From contig JAQFVV010000010.1 in NCBI GenBank assembly GCA_028023455.1, positions 5,084,001 through 5,148,000 on the forward strand: 64,000 nucleotides of DNA, written 5' to 3'. The translations under genes were made by a program, and so were the position numbers. Below are positions 62,626-64,000 of the stretch, piece by piece. How positions within the stretch are numbered: the first letter of the stretch is position 1; the number at the start of each line of letters is the position of its first letter. Source of the DNA: Epiperipatus broadwayi (taxonomy: Eukaryota; Animalia; Onychophora). The notes under the pieces are model-generated. The model was given only the letters and a program-made list of their open reading frames with translations, was not told the DNA's origin and searched no databases.

Positions 62626-63914
62626 TTATGTAAATACAAATTTGTGTATATCAAGTTTACATAAGAAAGAAATCATTTATAATAAAAATAGAATGATGAT
62701 ATTTTTATTTTAACTTTGCTGGTAAAACTTTAATAGTAATTTAAAAAATTCTCCCATAATTACTAATAATATAATGTCGTTTGATTTTATATGACTTGGA
62801 GAAATAAATAAAATATATTTCATATGTTAAGAAGGACGGGGATAGTTTTAAAATGAAAACATAAAAGCATTTCTGTCTACATATTTTTGTCTTGGAAAAT
62901 TAAATAAGTTACTTTAATTTTTTTAAACTAAGAGGCAAAAGAAATGAAGAAAGATGTCAATCATATATATATCATTTATTAAAACTAAAAATAATATGTG
63001 TTAAAATAATTTTCTAAGATATTTGTCAGAATTGAGAATTAGGAATGGGGAGAAAAATAGCTTTATCAATGGCTTTAATTTTTCTCAAGTCTTTTGAATC
63101 AATTTTTAATGGAAATATATCTGTGGTCTGAAATGGGAGTTACAATTTTAATATTGTATATATGAAATTAATATAAAGGAGATAGATAATCTAGTATAAA
63201 ACACCAAATACATAAAATAAATGGAAATTTTAATTGAAATAAATTTGTACTTAATAAACACAAGAAAATTAAAAGAAGAATTAGGTGGAATATAATCATA
63301 AGCTATTTCAAAAAAAGAACAAAGTTTGTAGCTTATTCTTAGAAATTAAATATATTGTTTGATGAAGGCATTTTTTAACCAAAATTGATATCACTACATT
63401 TTTATATTATTATCATTATGGTTGAAAATCTTCATGTAAGAGAAAATATTATTTATCCTACCCATTTCTACTGAGTTCCAACCCTGTAACTCAACTAGCA
63501 GATAAGGCAGAATGAAATAATTAATTTCACTAATTATTATTATGAAAAAAAGGGGATTAAACTGACAGCTATCAGTTATATTTCCTAATTCTCTTATCTG
63601 AATAAACATCTCTACCAGGGTTGACCAAACTTAGCCAAAATAAAGCTATTTATAAAGCCCAAAAGCTTTAAGCACCACTTTCCTAGAAAGATGCCATACA
63701 AGACCCTTATTGAAAGACACATCCAACAGCTTATCTCATATGCTAACTTTCTTACTGTACTTCTCAAGATGAATAACCTATCTTACAATAAATATGCATA
63801 TAATTCATTAACTATAGAGTGAGGTGAGGGAAATATTGAACACCAGTTTTTAATCAAATACAATAAAAATGTATTTTCTTAATCTTATTAAGTTAAATAA
63901 TTTATACGTAAGCA

Positions 63915-63956
63915 AGCTATGATTATGAAGGTAAGATCCTTTGAAAGCGCTCAGCT
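63915..63956 (+). ncRNA. Candidate hammerhead variant (A3:U8 core), third diverged element
   Basis: AGCU-AUGAUUA-U-GAAGG(UAAGAU)CCUUU-GAAA-GCGC-UC/AGCU, followed by a T-rich pLTR-like tail. Confidence 0.62.
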
Positions 63957-64000
63957 GTTTTAATATTTTTAGTTAGCTATTTGTATTTATATTAACAGCT

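Overview
AT-rich eukaryotic (arthropod-like) genomic DNA, almost entirely transposon debris plus the 5' part of one host gene. The gene is UTP-glucose-1-phosphate uridylyltransferase (UGP2/UGPase) on the + strand: three firm coding exons (43488-43613, 55216-55323, 61257-61439) and a probable first exon (31543-31581). All four have phase-0 GTAAGT donors, and the gene runs off the right end. Mobile DNA includes a young but pol-disrupted 7.6-kb Ty3/Gypsy element (8807-16410, ~1.25-kb LTRs), several RTE-clade and CR1-like LINE relics, two hAT MITEs with perfect 8-bp TSDs, a Buster/SPIN-type hAT deletion derivative, two Merlin elements carrying internal tandem arrays, and several Penelope-like (PLE) RT/GIY-YIG fragments. 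The most striking unexplained signal is a set of small type-I hammerhead-ribozyme-like motifs. One family sits in a non-coding ~430-445-bp repeat present as a tandem dimer, as ~1.1-mers and as TSD-flanked snap-back insertions (retrozyme- or solo-pLTR-like). A second, PLE-linked family has a non-canonical core (AUGANUA-U instead of CUGANGA) and covarying stems in three diverged elements. Differences between paired repeats are enriched in CpG transitions, suggesting germline methylation of transposons. All alignments, translations and counts were done by eye; ends of decayed relics are approximate.
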